Made by a program: the position numbers and the translations under genes. From positions 151,622-215,621 of the forward strand of contig JACRJP010000002.1 in NCBI GenBank assembly GCA_016215455.1: a DNA stretch of 64,000 nucleotides, in the 5' to 3' direction. The DNA comes from Candidatus Tayloriibacteriota bacterium. GTDB lineage: Bacteria > Patescibacteriota > Minisyncoccia > Phycocordibacterales > PALSA-1337. Position 1 is the first letter of the stretch, and every line of letters begins with the position of its first letter. Below the pieces are notes generated by a model. The model was not told the DNA's origin, searched no databases, and saw only the letters and a list, made by a program, of their open reading frames with translations. Below, in pieces: positions 9,460 through 18,711 of this stretch.

Positions 9460-9768
9460 ATGAAATCATTCACTTCTCTTAAAAACTTTTTTACAAAGCA
9501 TGGTCGGAATACTTGGCGAATTGGTCATAATCCTGATATAGATTGGGCTATTGTATTTATTCTTGGATGTATTATTTCTATCATATATACAGGGTGGGCA
9601 GTGACTCTCTACCAAAGTGTTGCTTCAGGAGATTTCTTTAGCAAAGAAGACGTAGCTCCTCAAGTAAAGAAAGTGCTTGATATTAAAAAACTCACTTCGG
9701 TTAACGACCATTTCCAAGCTGTTAAAGCGGAACCAATTCCTACAGTTACTGTTGGTGAACCGATATAG
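9460..9768 (+). CDS. Hypothetical small membrane protein (possible pilus-cluster accessory protein)
   Basis: 102 aa with one TM (WAIVFILGCIISIIYTGWAV). Immediately follows the pilO-like gene. Confidence 0.35.
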   Translation: MKSFTSLKNFFTKHGRNTWRIGHNPDIDWAIVFILGCIISIIYTGWAVTLYQSVASGDFFSKEDVAPQVKKVLDIKKLTSVNDHFQAVKAEPIPTVTVGEPI

Positions 9769-9818
9769 GTCACAACAAACGTTGTTTTTCGGTGTTATTT
9801 TGGTATAGTGGCCACATC

Positions 9819-9890
9819 GCCCTTGTAGTTCAATGGATAGAACAGCGGACTTCTAAGCCGTTAATGTTGGTTCGATTCCAACCAAGGGCA
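9819..9890 (+). tRNA. tRNA-Arg, anticodon UCU
   Basis: Acceptor GCCCTTG/CAAGGGC, the same acceptor stem as the other tRNA-Arg. D-arm GTTC..GAAC. Anticodon loop CTTCTAA. T-arm GTTGG-TTCGATT-CCAAC. Discriminator A. Confidence 0.75.
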
Positions 9891-9928
9891 CATGCTAGTG
9901 TTTGATGAAATAAAAATTAAGAAAAGCA

Positions 9929-10189
9929 TCACAGGAAGTGCCATTCGCCGTTAACACGTCGAGCAAGCACTTCGCGACCAGAATGAGGTAACTTTACCTT
10001 CGTAACCCCACCATTTTTCGGTGGTGGAACGTGTGGGGTGGTGGTGTAATGCCGCATACCACTCCCGTATCTCGATAGCGGAGCCTGATTGGTTACAGGT
10101 GTTTCGACCCATTTTGATCCTCGAGGATTTCTACCCGAACGACGATCTTCGAGTTTTTTGGCGTAGCCGCGCTTTTTCTTATTTGCCAT
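9929..10189 (-). CDS. Hypothetical small basic protein
   Basis: 86-aa ORF rich in K/R/G/P (MANKKKRGYAKKLEDRRSGRNPRG..). No recognisable family. Confidence 0.3.
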   Translation of the reverse strand: MANKKKRGYAKKLEDRRSGRNPRGSKWVETPVTNQAPLSRYGSGMRHYTTTPHVPPPKNGGVTKVKLPHSGREVLARRVNGEWHFL

Positions 10190-10257
10190 ACCAATAATAT
10201 TTGGTGGAGTGTGGAAATTTCTAGAGCTAATTTAGCAGACACTGTTTATTTAATCAA

Positions 10258-11145
10258 CTACATGATGTCACCGAGAGTTTTCTTTGCCATTGTCATGACG
10301 CCTTCTTTTGACCAAGCTTTAGCAATGTAGCGATTCTTGTGACAGAATTCTGCATCAGCAACACCTGAAGCTTTTGCGAGTTCTACACGTGCTTTACCAC
10401 CCCATTCTGCAGGGAAGAGAACTCGATAGCTAAAATTCTTACCCATATCTGAGCGAACACACGCAACAACCCATTCACCAGTATTTTGATCGGGATATAT
10501 GACAAGTAACGGTTCTTTGAGTTTACCGAGGATTGATTTCCAAGGATATGAATGTTCGAGAACGATAATACGTTTATCTTCTGCATTTTTATACGCCTTA
10601 CGGACCTCCTCAATATCTTTGAAGAAATATTCTGCTTTCTCTATTTCTTTAGTGAGAACGACTTTGATAAAAGGAATGAGCTCATTGAAGATGTCATCAA
10701 CCGTTGCGGTGTCACGCCATGTTGGAGTGAGGGCATTGAGGACGTTATCAAATAAATAGGGATAGACACCTTCTCGAGTATTGGTGTAGATACTGACACC
10801 ATTGTCAGCAGCATCAATTGGCTGTACAAGTTTTTTATCAACCAAATCAACGACGCGATCGTCACTACAAAGCTTTGGACCAAATTCTTTCCATACAAGA
10901 CCGAAGCTTGCGTAGGGGATACCATTAGGTCGAACACCAGCTCCACCTTCTTGGTGATGATCAAAACGTCCTGTCTTTGGATCATTCTTTCCACTTACAT
11001 CGACACCGAAGTCGGCACTTTCTATTATTTTTGAGTCACGAGTACGAACAACTTTGAGATTGTCTTTGAAGACAAGGAGGAGAGTGGCAATCGCGAATAG
11101 TTCGTCTTGATGAAAGCTTCCGCTATGAGTTGCAACGGTTTTCAT
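10258..11145 (-). CDS. MYG1/UPF0160 family metal-dependent protein hydrolase
   Basis: MKTVATHSGSFHQDELFA matches the MYG1 N-terminal motif (GTHxGxFHxDE). About 295 aa. Start chosen at the internal ATG (11145). Confidence 0.65.
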   Translation of the reverse strand: MKTVATHSGSFHQDELFAIATLLLVFKDNLKVVRTRDSKIIESADFGVDVSGKNDPKTGRFDHHQEGGAGVRPNGIPYASFGLVWKEFGPKLCSDDRVVDLVDKKLVQPIDAADNGVSIYTNTREGVYPYLFDNVLNALTPTWRDTATVDDIFNELIPFIKVVLTKEIEKAEYFFKDIEEVRKAYKNAEDKRIIVLEHSYPWKSILGKLKEPLLVIYPDQNTGEWVVACVRSDMGKNFSYRVLFPAEWGGKARVELAKASGVADAEFCHKNRYIAKAWSKEGVMTMAKKTLGDIM

Positions 11146-11220
11146 GGATATGTATGTAGATAATAGTAGCACAATTTAATAAAAAGGCGTGTCCTGCAAA
11201 GTGTGCAAGTCGCCATGAGG

Positions 11221-11868
11221 TCAGCCCATTATTCGAGCCCTGACCCTAACTCGAGATTTGTATTCTGCTCGATGCATGAGCAGAACAAGTGTGAAGGACA
11301 TAACGGTCGATCGCACCGCATACAAAAGTGCTAGCTTGTCATTGCTGACCCACCCTGTGTAGACAGCAAACACGCTTGAGAGAAAGATACACCACCACGT
11401 AAACAGCGATTCTGTGTTACGTTGTGCACCCCAAAGTTTTTGAAGTGTAAGAGTGTATCCTACGATCATGAGTATTTGGGTAAGGATGTTCGGAATGATA
11501 CCAGTTCCTTTGAAACCCCAAACAATAATGATCCACGACAAGGCAATCATACCAGCAATGCCTAAACTTACTTTCTGGAACGGTGTGAACGGGATCCTTT
11601 TCCCTCGTCGGGTAAAGAGGAGTGTTCCGAGTATTGTCGTGGTGTTGATTATGCCAATTAAGTTCACCATATTACTCACGAGACTTTTATTGGGACTTGT
11701 GAGGTAGGTGAAGAATGACAGAGAGATTGTTCCTGCCATGACGATCCAGCTCGATAGGACTGGCTCGATCTTTTTCTTGGTGATGATCAGGTAGATATAC
11801 CAGATTGTGGCACTAATGCCGGTAATCGCGGTAATAACAGCTGACCATTCTCGTGGGGTAAGATGCAA
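11221..11868 (-). CDS. Hypothetical polytopic membrane protein
   Basis: 215 aa with about six hydrophobic helices. No motif recognised. Confidence 0.4.
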   Translation of the reverse strand: MHLTPREWSAVITAITGISATIWYIYLIITKKKIEPVLSSWIVMAGTISLSFFTYLTSPNKSLVSNMVNLIGIINTTTILGTLLFTRRGKRIPFTPFQKVSLGIAGMIALSWIIIVWGFKGTGIIPNILTQILMIVGYTLTLQKLWGAQRNTESLFTWWCIFLSSVFAVYTGWVSNDKLALLYAVRSTVMSFTLVLLMHRAEYKSRVRVRARIMG

Positions 11869-12054
11869 GGCTACCTTTCGGTTGCGTTTTTCGTTTAAGA
11901 AAAACGAGTTTCGTTATAGCGGAGAAAGGCCTAAATCTAGTCTTCAAGCCACTTTCTGCTACAACGAAAACTCTTGTAAAGATACAGTTATTCTGAACAG
12001 AATAATAACACTATTTATCGATAATGTCAAAATTAGAGATTGGAAACAAATTTG

Positions 12055-12127
12055 TGCGGGATGAGGGACTTGAACCCCCGACCTTCTCAGTGTAAATGAG
12101 CTGCTCTACCAACTGAGCTAATCCCGC
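12055..12127 (-). tRNA. tRNA-Val, anticodon UAC
   Basis: Acceptor GCGGGAT/ATCCCGC. D-arm GCTC-AGTTGGTA-GAGC. Anticodon loop TTTACAC. T-arm GGGGG-TTCAAGT-CCCTC. Discriminator A. Confidence 0.8.
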
Positions 12128-12217
12128 GCTTTGGTATAAATTTTCAAGCTAACACAATAGATACTAGCGTATTCTCCTTTATTTATCAACCCAAAAAAGG
12201 TAGTATGACTTCCATAT

Positions 12218-12976
12218 ATGGGTAAAGAACAGATTACTGTTATCTACGAGGATAAGGATTACGTCGTCATTAATAAGCCGCCGGGCGTAATTGTGCACCC
12301 TGATGGAAAGCGGGAAGGAGGGGAGTATGTTACTGACTGGTTCCTTGAACACTATCCAAAATCAAAGAATGTTGGTGAGCCGATAGAACAAACTGATGGA
12401 TCAACAATCCACCGTCCAGGAGTGGTGCATCGTATTGATAAAGATACATCAGGAGTACTTGTTCTAGCGAAGACGAATAAAGCCCATGCTTTCCTTAAGG
12501 AACAATTTCAAAATAGAACAGTAAGAAAAAAATACCTTACATTTGTTCATGGAGAATTAAATGAAGCTTTCGGTATCATCAAACGACCTATAGGTCGCAG
12601 CAAGAATGATTTTCGTAAATGGTCAGCTCAGAGGGGAATACGTGGTGAAACACGTGAGGCTGAGACCTGGTATAGTACGATTAAAGCAACAAAGATAGCC
12701 TCATTTCTTGAGGTAGAACCGAAGACTGGTCGTACTCATCAAATCCGTGTGCATTTTACGGCCATCAATCATCAAATCATTGCTGATAGCCTCTATGGGC
12801 CGAATCGTACGTCACTTCTTGGTTTTGAGAGAATGGCTCTTCATGCATCAATGATTTCTTTCTTTAATCCCACAGGAAAAGAGATTGTGGTTAAGGCACC
12901 ATTGCCAGCTGACTTTATTGCAGCTGCTAAAGAAATTGAGGTACCCGAGGCGAAGCTTAAAGATTTGCTAAAATAG
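12218..12976 (+). CDS. RluA-family pseudouridine synthase
   Basis: Catalytic motif HRIDKDTSGVLVLAKT (compare HRLDxxTSG). 252 aa. Confidence 0.75.
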   Translation: MGKEQITVIYEDKDYVVINKPPGVIVHPDGKREGGEYVTDWFLEHYPKSKNVGEPIEQTDGSTIHRPGVVHRIDKDTSGVLVLAKTNKAHAFLKEQFQNRTVRKKYLTFVHGELNEAFGIIKRPIGRSKNDFRKWSAQRGIRGETREAETWYSTIKATKIASFLEVEPKTGRTHQIRVHFTAINHQIIADSLYGPNRTSLLGFERMALHASMISFFNPTGKEIVVKAPLPADFIAAAKEIEVPEAKLKDLLK

Positions 12977-13003
12977 CAGGCGTGTGCTAGATTACTCCTA
13001 CAT

Positions 13004-13444
13004 ATGGCAACAACTACGACAACAAAGAAACCAGTAACTTCTGCAGTTATTACTGCTGTTAATACTGACGACCGAAAGAAACTCAATCTCAAAGCAGGGG
13101 ATACTATTCGTGTGTGGCAAAAGATTAAGGAAAAGGATAAATTCCGCCTTCAGGCATTCGAAGGACTTCTACTTTCTCGAAAGCATGGTAATGAAGCAGG
13201 AGCAACATTCACAGTTCGAAAGGTTATGGACGGTGTAGGTGTTGAGAAAATCTTCCCTCTCTACTCTCCGATGGTTGATAAGATTGAAATTCTCCGAAGT
13301 TCTAAGGTTCGTCGAGCAAAGCTTTACTTCGTTCGAGAAAAGGCTGCTAAGGAAATTCGACGACAGATGCGACGAATTATGGGTGAGAAGGAAGTTGCGG
13401 CAGAGGTTGTAGCTCCAGCAGTAGAAACTGAAGCAGCTAAGTAA
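13004..13444 (+). CDS. rplS: 50S ribosomal protein L19 (with C-terminal Lys/Ala/Glu-rich extension)
   Basis: GDTIRVWQKIKEKDKFRLQAFEGLLLSRKHGNEAGATFTVRKV matches the L19 core. Confidence 0.8.
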   Translation: MATTTTTKKPVTSAVITAVNTDDRKKLNLKAGDTIRVWQKIKEKDKFRLQAFEGLLLSRKHGNEAGATFTVRKVMDGVGVEKIFPLYSPMVDKIEILRSSKVRRAKLYFVREKAAKEIRRQMRRIMGEKEVAAEVVAPAVETEAAK

Positions 13445-13452
13445 ACTAACAG

Positions 13453-13482
13453 AAAAACTACTCGACAGCCGAGTAGTTTTTC
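13453..13482 (+). terminator. Rho-independent terminator after rplS
   Basis: CTACTCG-acagc-CGAGTAG hairpin flanked by an A-run and TTTTT. Confidence 0.65.
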
Positions 13483-13512
13483 TGTATAGTGTGCAAGTGT
13501 TCGTTTGAATAC

Positions 13513-13597
13513 GCACAGGTGGCGAAACTGGCAGACGCACTACCTTGAGGTGGTAGCACCCGTTAAGGGTATGGAGGTTCAAGTCCTCTCCTGTGCA
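13513..13597 (+). tRNA. tRNA-Leu, anticodon GAG (class II)
   Basis: Acceptor GCACAGG/CCTGTGC. Anticodon stem CTACC/GGTAG with loop TTGAGGT. Long variable arm. T-arm GGAGG-TTCAAGT-CCTCT. Discriminator A. Confidence 0.8.
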
Positions 13598-13672
13598 CAA
13601 AATTGTGATCTAGTATTCTTTTTTAAGATATCCACTTGTGAATAGCAAGATTTTTTTGTGTATAATGGATGT

Positions 13673-16654
13673 ATGAATAAATTTTTAGTTGCTATTTTAG
13701 CGTTAGTAATTTTGTTTCCATTTGATCGTGTGCACGCTGCTGCATACACCGCGACAGATGTATTGGGTCAGGTTTCTTCTGATGGTTCGGCTAATTACAC
13801 AGGGAGTTCGGCAAATAATGGCCTGAGTGCTCCAGCGATCAGTGCTACATCTTCAGTAACGGGTATTCTATACCACTCTGCGGTTGATGAAGTTAATAAT
13901 CGTCTTTTCATCGTTGATGGGGGAAATAAACGCGTTCTCGTCTTTCAGTTGGATAGTGATGGTTTACCAACCGATCGAACAGCGGACTATGTGATCGGAC
14001 AAGCAAACTTTACAGCAAGTACCTATGCAGTCACTCAGAGCGGTTTAAGTAGCCCAAATTCAATTGCGTATGACCCTAATAATTCTCGCCTCTTCGTGGG
14101 TGATAGTAATCGTGTGCTGGTCTATGATGTAGCTACATCAACCATGACAAATGGTATGAATGCTTCGTATGTGTTGGGACAAACAACATTTACTGGCTCA
14201 ACCGGAGCTGTTACTCAGGCAGGGTTATCTGGCATACAAGCTCTCGCTTATGACTCTGATTCAGATAGACTTTTTGTTGGAAATTCATGGCGTACCACAG
14301 TATTTGATGTATCGACATCAACTATGTCGAATGGAAAAAATGCATCAAATATCCTTGGACAATCAAGTTATACTTCAAGTACAGTGATTAGTCCTCCTTC
14401 GAATACATCGATGCTTCCGTATGATCTTAAATATGACACTGATAGCGATCGTCTGTTTGTATTAGATGGATTTGGTCGTCGAGCCCTTGTTTTCAATGCG
14501 GGTACCTCAACGATTTCTAATAATATGGCCGCTTCGTATGTTGTAGCTTGTCAAAACTTTGTAACTTCGTGCGGAGGTCCTATAGGTCAGATACGATCAA
14601 GTAATCCGAATTGGTTGGCGTATGATCCTACAAATAAACATCTGTATGTAGGAGATACATACAGAGTTACTGTTTTTGACGCTGCAACGTCTACTATATC
14701 AAGTGGAGTAAATGCTCTATATGTTCTTGGACAGCCGAATTATACAACTTCAGGTAAGAACATCTCTTCGGGTGGTATTGAGGTGAGAGGGCTTTCGATA
14801 CATGCTGGTGGAAGAAAATTATATGTGTCATCGTACGCTTCTCCACGAGTTGCTATTTTTGACATCACTACTTTGACTGACAATGAAGCCGCGGTAGATG
14901 TGTTGGGGACATATGATGAAAATGGAGATCCGACACACTTAAGATCATCATATACAACGAATAGTAAGGGATTGTATTATCCAGCATCTGTTCAGGTTGA
15001 TACCAATAATCATCGAATTTTTATAACAGAAGGTTCAAATAACCGTGTTGTAGTATTTAATCTTAATTCGAACAATCAGATAGTTGATCGTACCGCTGAT
15101 AATGTTCTTGGACAACCAGGATTTATATCAGATGAGTCAGGAACAGCTAGTTCTACGATGGAAGACCCATATGGTCTAGTAATTGATAGTAGTAATCGAT
15201 TGTATGTTGCAGATAGTGGTAACTATCGTATTAATGTGTATGACGCGTCTACTTTAACCGATGGGGAAGAAGCTTCAAATGTACTTTTGAAATCAAGTCT
15301 TACAACAAGTAGCTGTTCGGATATTGGACAGAACCAAACATGTTCATACTATAACAATCTTGATATCGATAATGATCACGATCAATTGTTTGTCTCTTTT
15401 GCAGATGAAGGTCGTGTCCTTGTATTTGATACGAGCAACTTGGTTAATGGTATGAATGCCTCGTATGTATTGGGGGCACCAGATTTTACTTCATACGGTG
15501 ATTGTTCAGATCGGAATTCTTTATGTGAGCCATACGATGTAGTATATGACTCTAACCACAATCGTCTGTTTGTTGTTGACGCATCTGATAATCGTGTGAT
15601 GGTCTATGATACGAGTAGTATATCTAATGGTATGAATGCCTCGTATGTACTTGGGCAGTCGACATTTACCTCGACTGGATATGGAATCACAGATTCAACA
15701 TTAAGTTATCCTGTTGGGGCAGCATATGATAGTGGTAATGATCTTTTGTTTGTATCTGACGGAAATAATCGAGTCCTTGTGTACGATGTTCAAAGTATCA
15801 CCAATGGAGAATCAGCTATTGGTGTGTTAGGACAAGCGACGTTCACCACATCAAGTTCTGGTGCAACAGCCGGAGCACTCAATGATCCTCATGGACTTGA
15901 TTTCGCTACAAGTACAAACTCTCTCTATGTCGTTGACCAAAGAAATCACCGTATGGTTGTATACTCGTTTCTCACCATCGCAACTTCTTCATTGGCGAAT
16001 GCAACACAGTATCAGGATTATTCAGCAAGTATACCGGCCGCAACAGGTAGTCAGGGGAATGTAACCTATGAAATTTATTCAGGTTCACTACCTGCAGGTA
16101 TGACTCTCTCAGGTACTTCTATTACAGGAGCTTCAACTCAATCTGGAGTGTTTAACTTCACTATTCGGGCAAAAGATACAGTGGGTGTAAGTACGTTTTA
16201 CTCACAACCGGTTCAATATACAATTACTGTTGCAGAACGCGGAAAAGCAGGTAGGGGTGGCGGTGCTTCCTTACCAGCTATAGTAACCGCAGTTGCATCT
16301 TCATCGAGTACGAGGGTGACGACACCAGTACCTGTACTGTATATGCCTTCTCAGATTGTAACGTTAGGAAGTCCTGAATTCCTAAAGATGTTTATTCCTT
16401 TAGTATCAGCTCAGTCAATGGGACTTGGTTCACGATCTAATTCTGTACAACTTTTGCAAAAATTCCTCAATAATCAAGGTTTTGTTATAGCAAAGAGTGG
16501 CCCAGGATCTCCAGGAAATGAGACTGATTATTTCGGAGTTCTTACTCAAAAAGCACTCGCCGCGTTCCAGAAGAAAAACAATATAAATCCAGCGTCAGGA
16601 TTCTTTGGTCCAATAACACGAGGTGTCATCTGGAAGATGATTAATCAAAAATAA
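13673..16654 (+). CDS. Large exported beta-propeller (NHL/YVTN-like) repeat protein with C-terminal peptidoglycan-binding-like domain
   Basis: Signal peptide (MNKFLVAILALVILF). More than 12 reiterations of ..NRLFVxDxxNxRVxVYD..(M/I)SNGMNASYVLGQ..FT.. blades. C-terminal LLQKFLNNQGF..GVLTQKALAAFQ resembles PG_binding_1. 994 aa from first ATG; the ORF track uses a GTG at 13658. Confidence 0.6.
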   Translation: MNKFLVAILALVILFPFDRVHAAAYTATDVLGQVSSDGSANYTGSSANNGLSAPAISATSSVTGILYHSAVDEVNNRLFIVDGGNKRVLVFQLDSDGLPTDRTADYVIGQANFTASTYAVTQSGLSSPNSIAYDPNNSRLFVGDSNRVLVYDVATSTMTNGMNASYVLGQTTFTGSTGAVTQAGLSGIQALAYDSDSDRLFVGNSWRTTVFDVSTSTMSNGKNASNILGQSSYTSSTVISPPSNTSMLPYDLKYDTDSDRLFVLDGFGRRALVFNAGTSTISNNMAASYVVACQNFVTSCGGPIGQIRSSNPNWLAYDPTNKHLYVGDTYRVTVFDAATSTISSGVNALYVLGQPNYTTSGKNISSGGIEVRGLSIHAGGRKLYVSSYASPRVAIFDITTLTDNEAAVDVLGTYDENGDPTHLRSSYTTNSKGLYYPASVQVDTNNHRIFITEGSNNRVVVFNLNSNNQIVDRTADNVLGQPGFISDESGTASSTMEDPYGLVIDSSNRLYVADSGNYRINVYDASTLTDGEEASNVLLKSSLTTSSCSDIGQNQTCSYYNNLDIDNDHDQLFVSFADEGRVLVFDTSNLVNGMNASYVLGAPDFTSYGDCSDRNSLCEPYDVVYDSNHNRLFVVDASDNRVMVYDTSSISNGMNASYVLGQSTFTSTGYGITDSTLSYPVGAAYDSGNDLLFVSDGNNRVLVYDVQSITNGESAIGVLGQATFTTSSSGATAGALNDPHGLDFATSTNSLYVVDQRNHRMVVYSFLTIATSSLANATQYQDYSASIPAATGSQGNVTYEIYSGSLPAGMTLSGTSITGASTQSGVFNFTIRAKDTVGVSTFYSQPVQYTITVAERGKAGRGGGASLPAIVTAVASSSSTRVTTPVPVLYMPSQIVTLGSPEFLKMFIPLVSAQSMGLGSRSNSVQLLQKFLNNQGFVIAKSGPGSPGNETDYFGVLTQKALAAFQKKNNINPASGFFGPITRGVIWKMINQK
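15446..15649 (+). repeat. Intragenic tandem repeat units (about 180 bp period) inside the beta-propeller gene
   Basis: Identical 24-mer aatggtatgaatgcctcgtatgta at 15446 and 15626, each preceded by gatacgag. A degenerate copy near 14147. Blade repeats are recently duplicated at the DNA level. Confidence 0.6.
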
Positions 16655-16660
16655 GAGAGT

Positions 16661-17218
16661 ATGTTTTTCACTCGAAAAGGGGACAAGGGAACAACAACGA
16701 CGTATGGCTGCGATCAGAAAATGTCGAAGAGCTCTGCTGTAGCTGAGGCACTTGGGTCGCTTGATGAGATTAATTCGTATCTTGGTTTAGCGAAAGTTGA
16801 TTCAAAAAATAAAGGATATAAGATCCTAGCAATTACGAAGACATTTGAACAAATTGTGCACGAGATACAACAGAATTTGTTTATCGTTCAAGCTGAAGTT
16901 GCAGGTTTCTCAATGCATATTGATTCACAGAAGGTGACAGATACAGAAAAGATTATCGAAGTAATCGAATCTGAATTACCGCCAATAAAGACCTTCTTTA
17001 TTTCAGGTGGTTCTGAACTCGCAGCACTCTTTGATACAGCACGTACTATTGCACGCCGCGCTGAGCGTCGTGTTGTTGCTGTTTCTGAAGAAGGGAAGGT
17101 AAAACTCGGAGATCATTCCCTGGCTTACATGAATCGACTTTCGAGTCTTTTGTATGCATTGGCACGCTATTCAAATCATGTTGCGGGGGTGTCTGAGGAA
17201 GCGCCGGCGTATAAATAA
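16661..17218 (+). CDS. PduO-type ATP:cob(I)alamin adenosyltransferase family protein
   Basis: N-terminal RKGDKGTTTTYGCDQ..SKSSAVAEALGSLDEINSYLGL matches the PduO/MMAB family opening (TKTGDKGxTSL..G..DELNS.IG). Confidence 0.7.
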   Translation: MFFTRKGDKGTTTTYGCDQKMSKSSAVAEALGSLDEINSYLGLAKVDSKNKGYKILAITKTFEQIVHEIQQNLFIVQAEVAGFSMHIDSQKVTDTEKIIEVIESELPPIKTFFISGGSELAALFDTARTIARRAERRVVAVSEEGKVKLGDHSLAYMNRLSSLLYALARYSNHVAGVSEEAPAYK

Positions 17219-17266
17219 AGTATATTTTTTAGCGTTTCTTCATACCCAGTATGATATAGATAAGGG

Positions 17267-17758
17267 ATGCCGAAAATCCTCTGCAAGATTTGTTCAAAAA
17301 GTTTTTACGCCAAACCTTATTTTTTAAAGACAGGTAATGCGAAATATTGTTCAAATACATGTTTCCATGCGTCTCGAAGGAACGGTAGGTATATTACTTG
17401 TTCTATTTGTAAGAAAAAAGCATATAAAACCAAGAAGGCTTTAAGGTGTTCGAAGAGTGGTAGGTTCTTTTGTGGAAAATCCTGTCAAACCAAATGGAGA
17501 AATGGTTATTATATAAGAGAAAAACATCCAAATTGGGTCAATGGTGAGTCGTCGTATAGACTCCAACTTATAAAATCAAAATCACTCCGTAAGTGTGGAC
17601 TTTGTGCCACAAAAGATGTTAGAGTGTTATCCGTCCATCATATTGACCAAAATCGCAAGAACAATACTCTACAAAATCTTGCTTGGCTCTGTAATAATTG
17701 CCATTTCTTGGTCCATCATTATGAGGATGAAAAACAAGCATTTTTATCGCGTCGATAA
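17267..17758 (+). CDS. Cys-rich HNH endonuclease
   Basis: Five CxxC-type pairs in the N-terminal 80 aa. C-terminal HNH motif HHIDQNRKNNTLQNLAWLCNNCH. 163 aa. AT-rich. Immediately upstream of tRNA-His. Confidence 0.65.
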   Translation: MPKILCKICSKSFYAKPYFLKTGNAKYCSNTCFHASRRNGRYITCSICKKKAYKTKKALRCSKSGRFFCGKSCQTKWRNGYYIREKHPNWVNGESSYRLQLIKSKSLRKCGLCATKDVRVLSVHHIDQNRKNNTLQNLAWLCNNCHFLVHHYEDEKQAFLSRR

Positions 17759-17766
17759 AATAATAT

Positions 17767-17841
17767 GGTGGCTATGGTGTAATAGTAGCACAAGAGTTTG
17801 TGGAACTCTTAGATCCGGAGCATAACCGGATAGCCACCCCA
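17767..17841 (+). tRNA. tRNA-His (anticodon GUG) with non-canonical D and T loops; G-1 and CCA encoded
   Basis: Acceptor GTGGCTA/TAGCCAC plus discriminator C plus CCA, the same acceptor stem as E. coli tRNA-His. Extra 5' G. Anticodon stem AGAGT/ACTCT with loop TTGTGGA. T-stem TCCGG/CCGGA, but T-loop AGCATAA lacks T54-Psi55-C56 and D-loop lacks GG. Confidence 0.55.
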
Positions 17842-17870
17842 AAATATAAAGTGGGGTATAATGCTGGTAT

Positions 17871-18701
17871 ATGAAAATCATATTCTACGTCACAATTGTA
17901 CTGACCGTTCTCTTTGGTATTTCTGCACAAACTACTTACGCTACTGTCGGTGGACCAACTGTTGTATACGATCTTAAGTACGACACAAAGACCAACTCAA
18001 TCTATTACACAGAACAAAGTGATAGTGGGAAGGGATGTCCACCAGAATTGAAGGCGATTTCACTAGCAACGAATGCTACGAAGGTGATTTATGGTTGTGA
18101 TGATGAGACACCTGATTCACAATACGGTAGTCAAACATTTACTGAAAGAATTCGATCTTTTACAGAAAAGTTTACTCCTCTTCAGACGGTGTATCTTAAG
18201 AATAATAAGATCAATGTATCGGTAGATGTTGTGAATGTTGAGAAAATTGAAGATTCATGGGTCATACGGACACATTTTATAGCTCGTGTGTCTCAGGGAA
18301 CATTAAATAAAGCAAACATTCCTTTTGCTGGCTGTAGCGAGGGTCAACCACTTGTTGTTGATGGTTATCGCATTCCTGGTGTAGAAGATAAACTTGTACT
18401 TCTATTTTCTCGAAAGAGTGATTGTTCTGAAGGGGGATATATCGGTGAATCAGTGTATGTTGTCTCAGGTGTGAATTTGTTAAATGAAGAAGGTCCCTAT
18501 GCATATAAGATGCAATCACCCCTCATTCCACATGAAGGAAGTCTAGTAGTATATGCAAAAAAGTACCCCGTCGATAATTCTACATTTCCACAGCAATATT
18601 CGGCTCAAGATAAGTACCTACTCCCGCTATTAATAGTATCTGCAGTATTCATCTTTCTCCTAGGTATATGGATTGGAAGGATGGGTAAGAAGGGGATATA
18701 A
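17871..18701 (+). CDS. Hypothetical exported protein with C-terminal membrane anchor
   Basis: Signal peptide ([21 protein letters not shown]). C-terminal hydrophobic helix plus basic tail ([27 protein letters not shown]). 276 aa. Confidence 0.4.
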   Translation: MKIIFYVTIVLTVLFGISAQTTYATVGGPTVVYDLKYDTKTNSIYYTEQSDSGKGCPPELKAISLATNATKVIYGCDDETPDSQYGSQTFTERIRSFTEKFTPLQTVYLKNNKINVSVDVVNVEKIEDSWVIRTHFIARVSQGTLNKANIPFAGCSEGQPLVVDGYRIPGVEDKLVLLFSRKSDCSEGGYIGESVYVVSGVNLLNEEGPYAYKMQSPLIPHEGSLVVYAKKYPVDNSTFPQQYSAQDKYLLPLLIVSAVFIFLLGIWIGRMGKKGI

Positions 18702-18711
18702 TATAAAAATC

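Noticed and set aside
13661-13666. TATAAT hexamer 7 nt upstream of the large repeat-protein ATG
   Set aside because: It is too close to the start codon to be a conventional -10 with a leader and RBS. The transcript could be leaderless or start at the upstream GTG, so no promoter is called.
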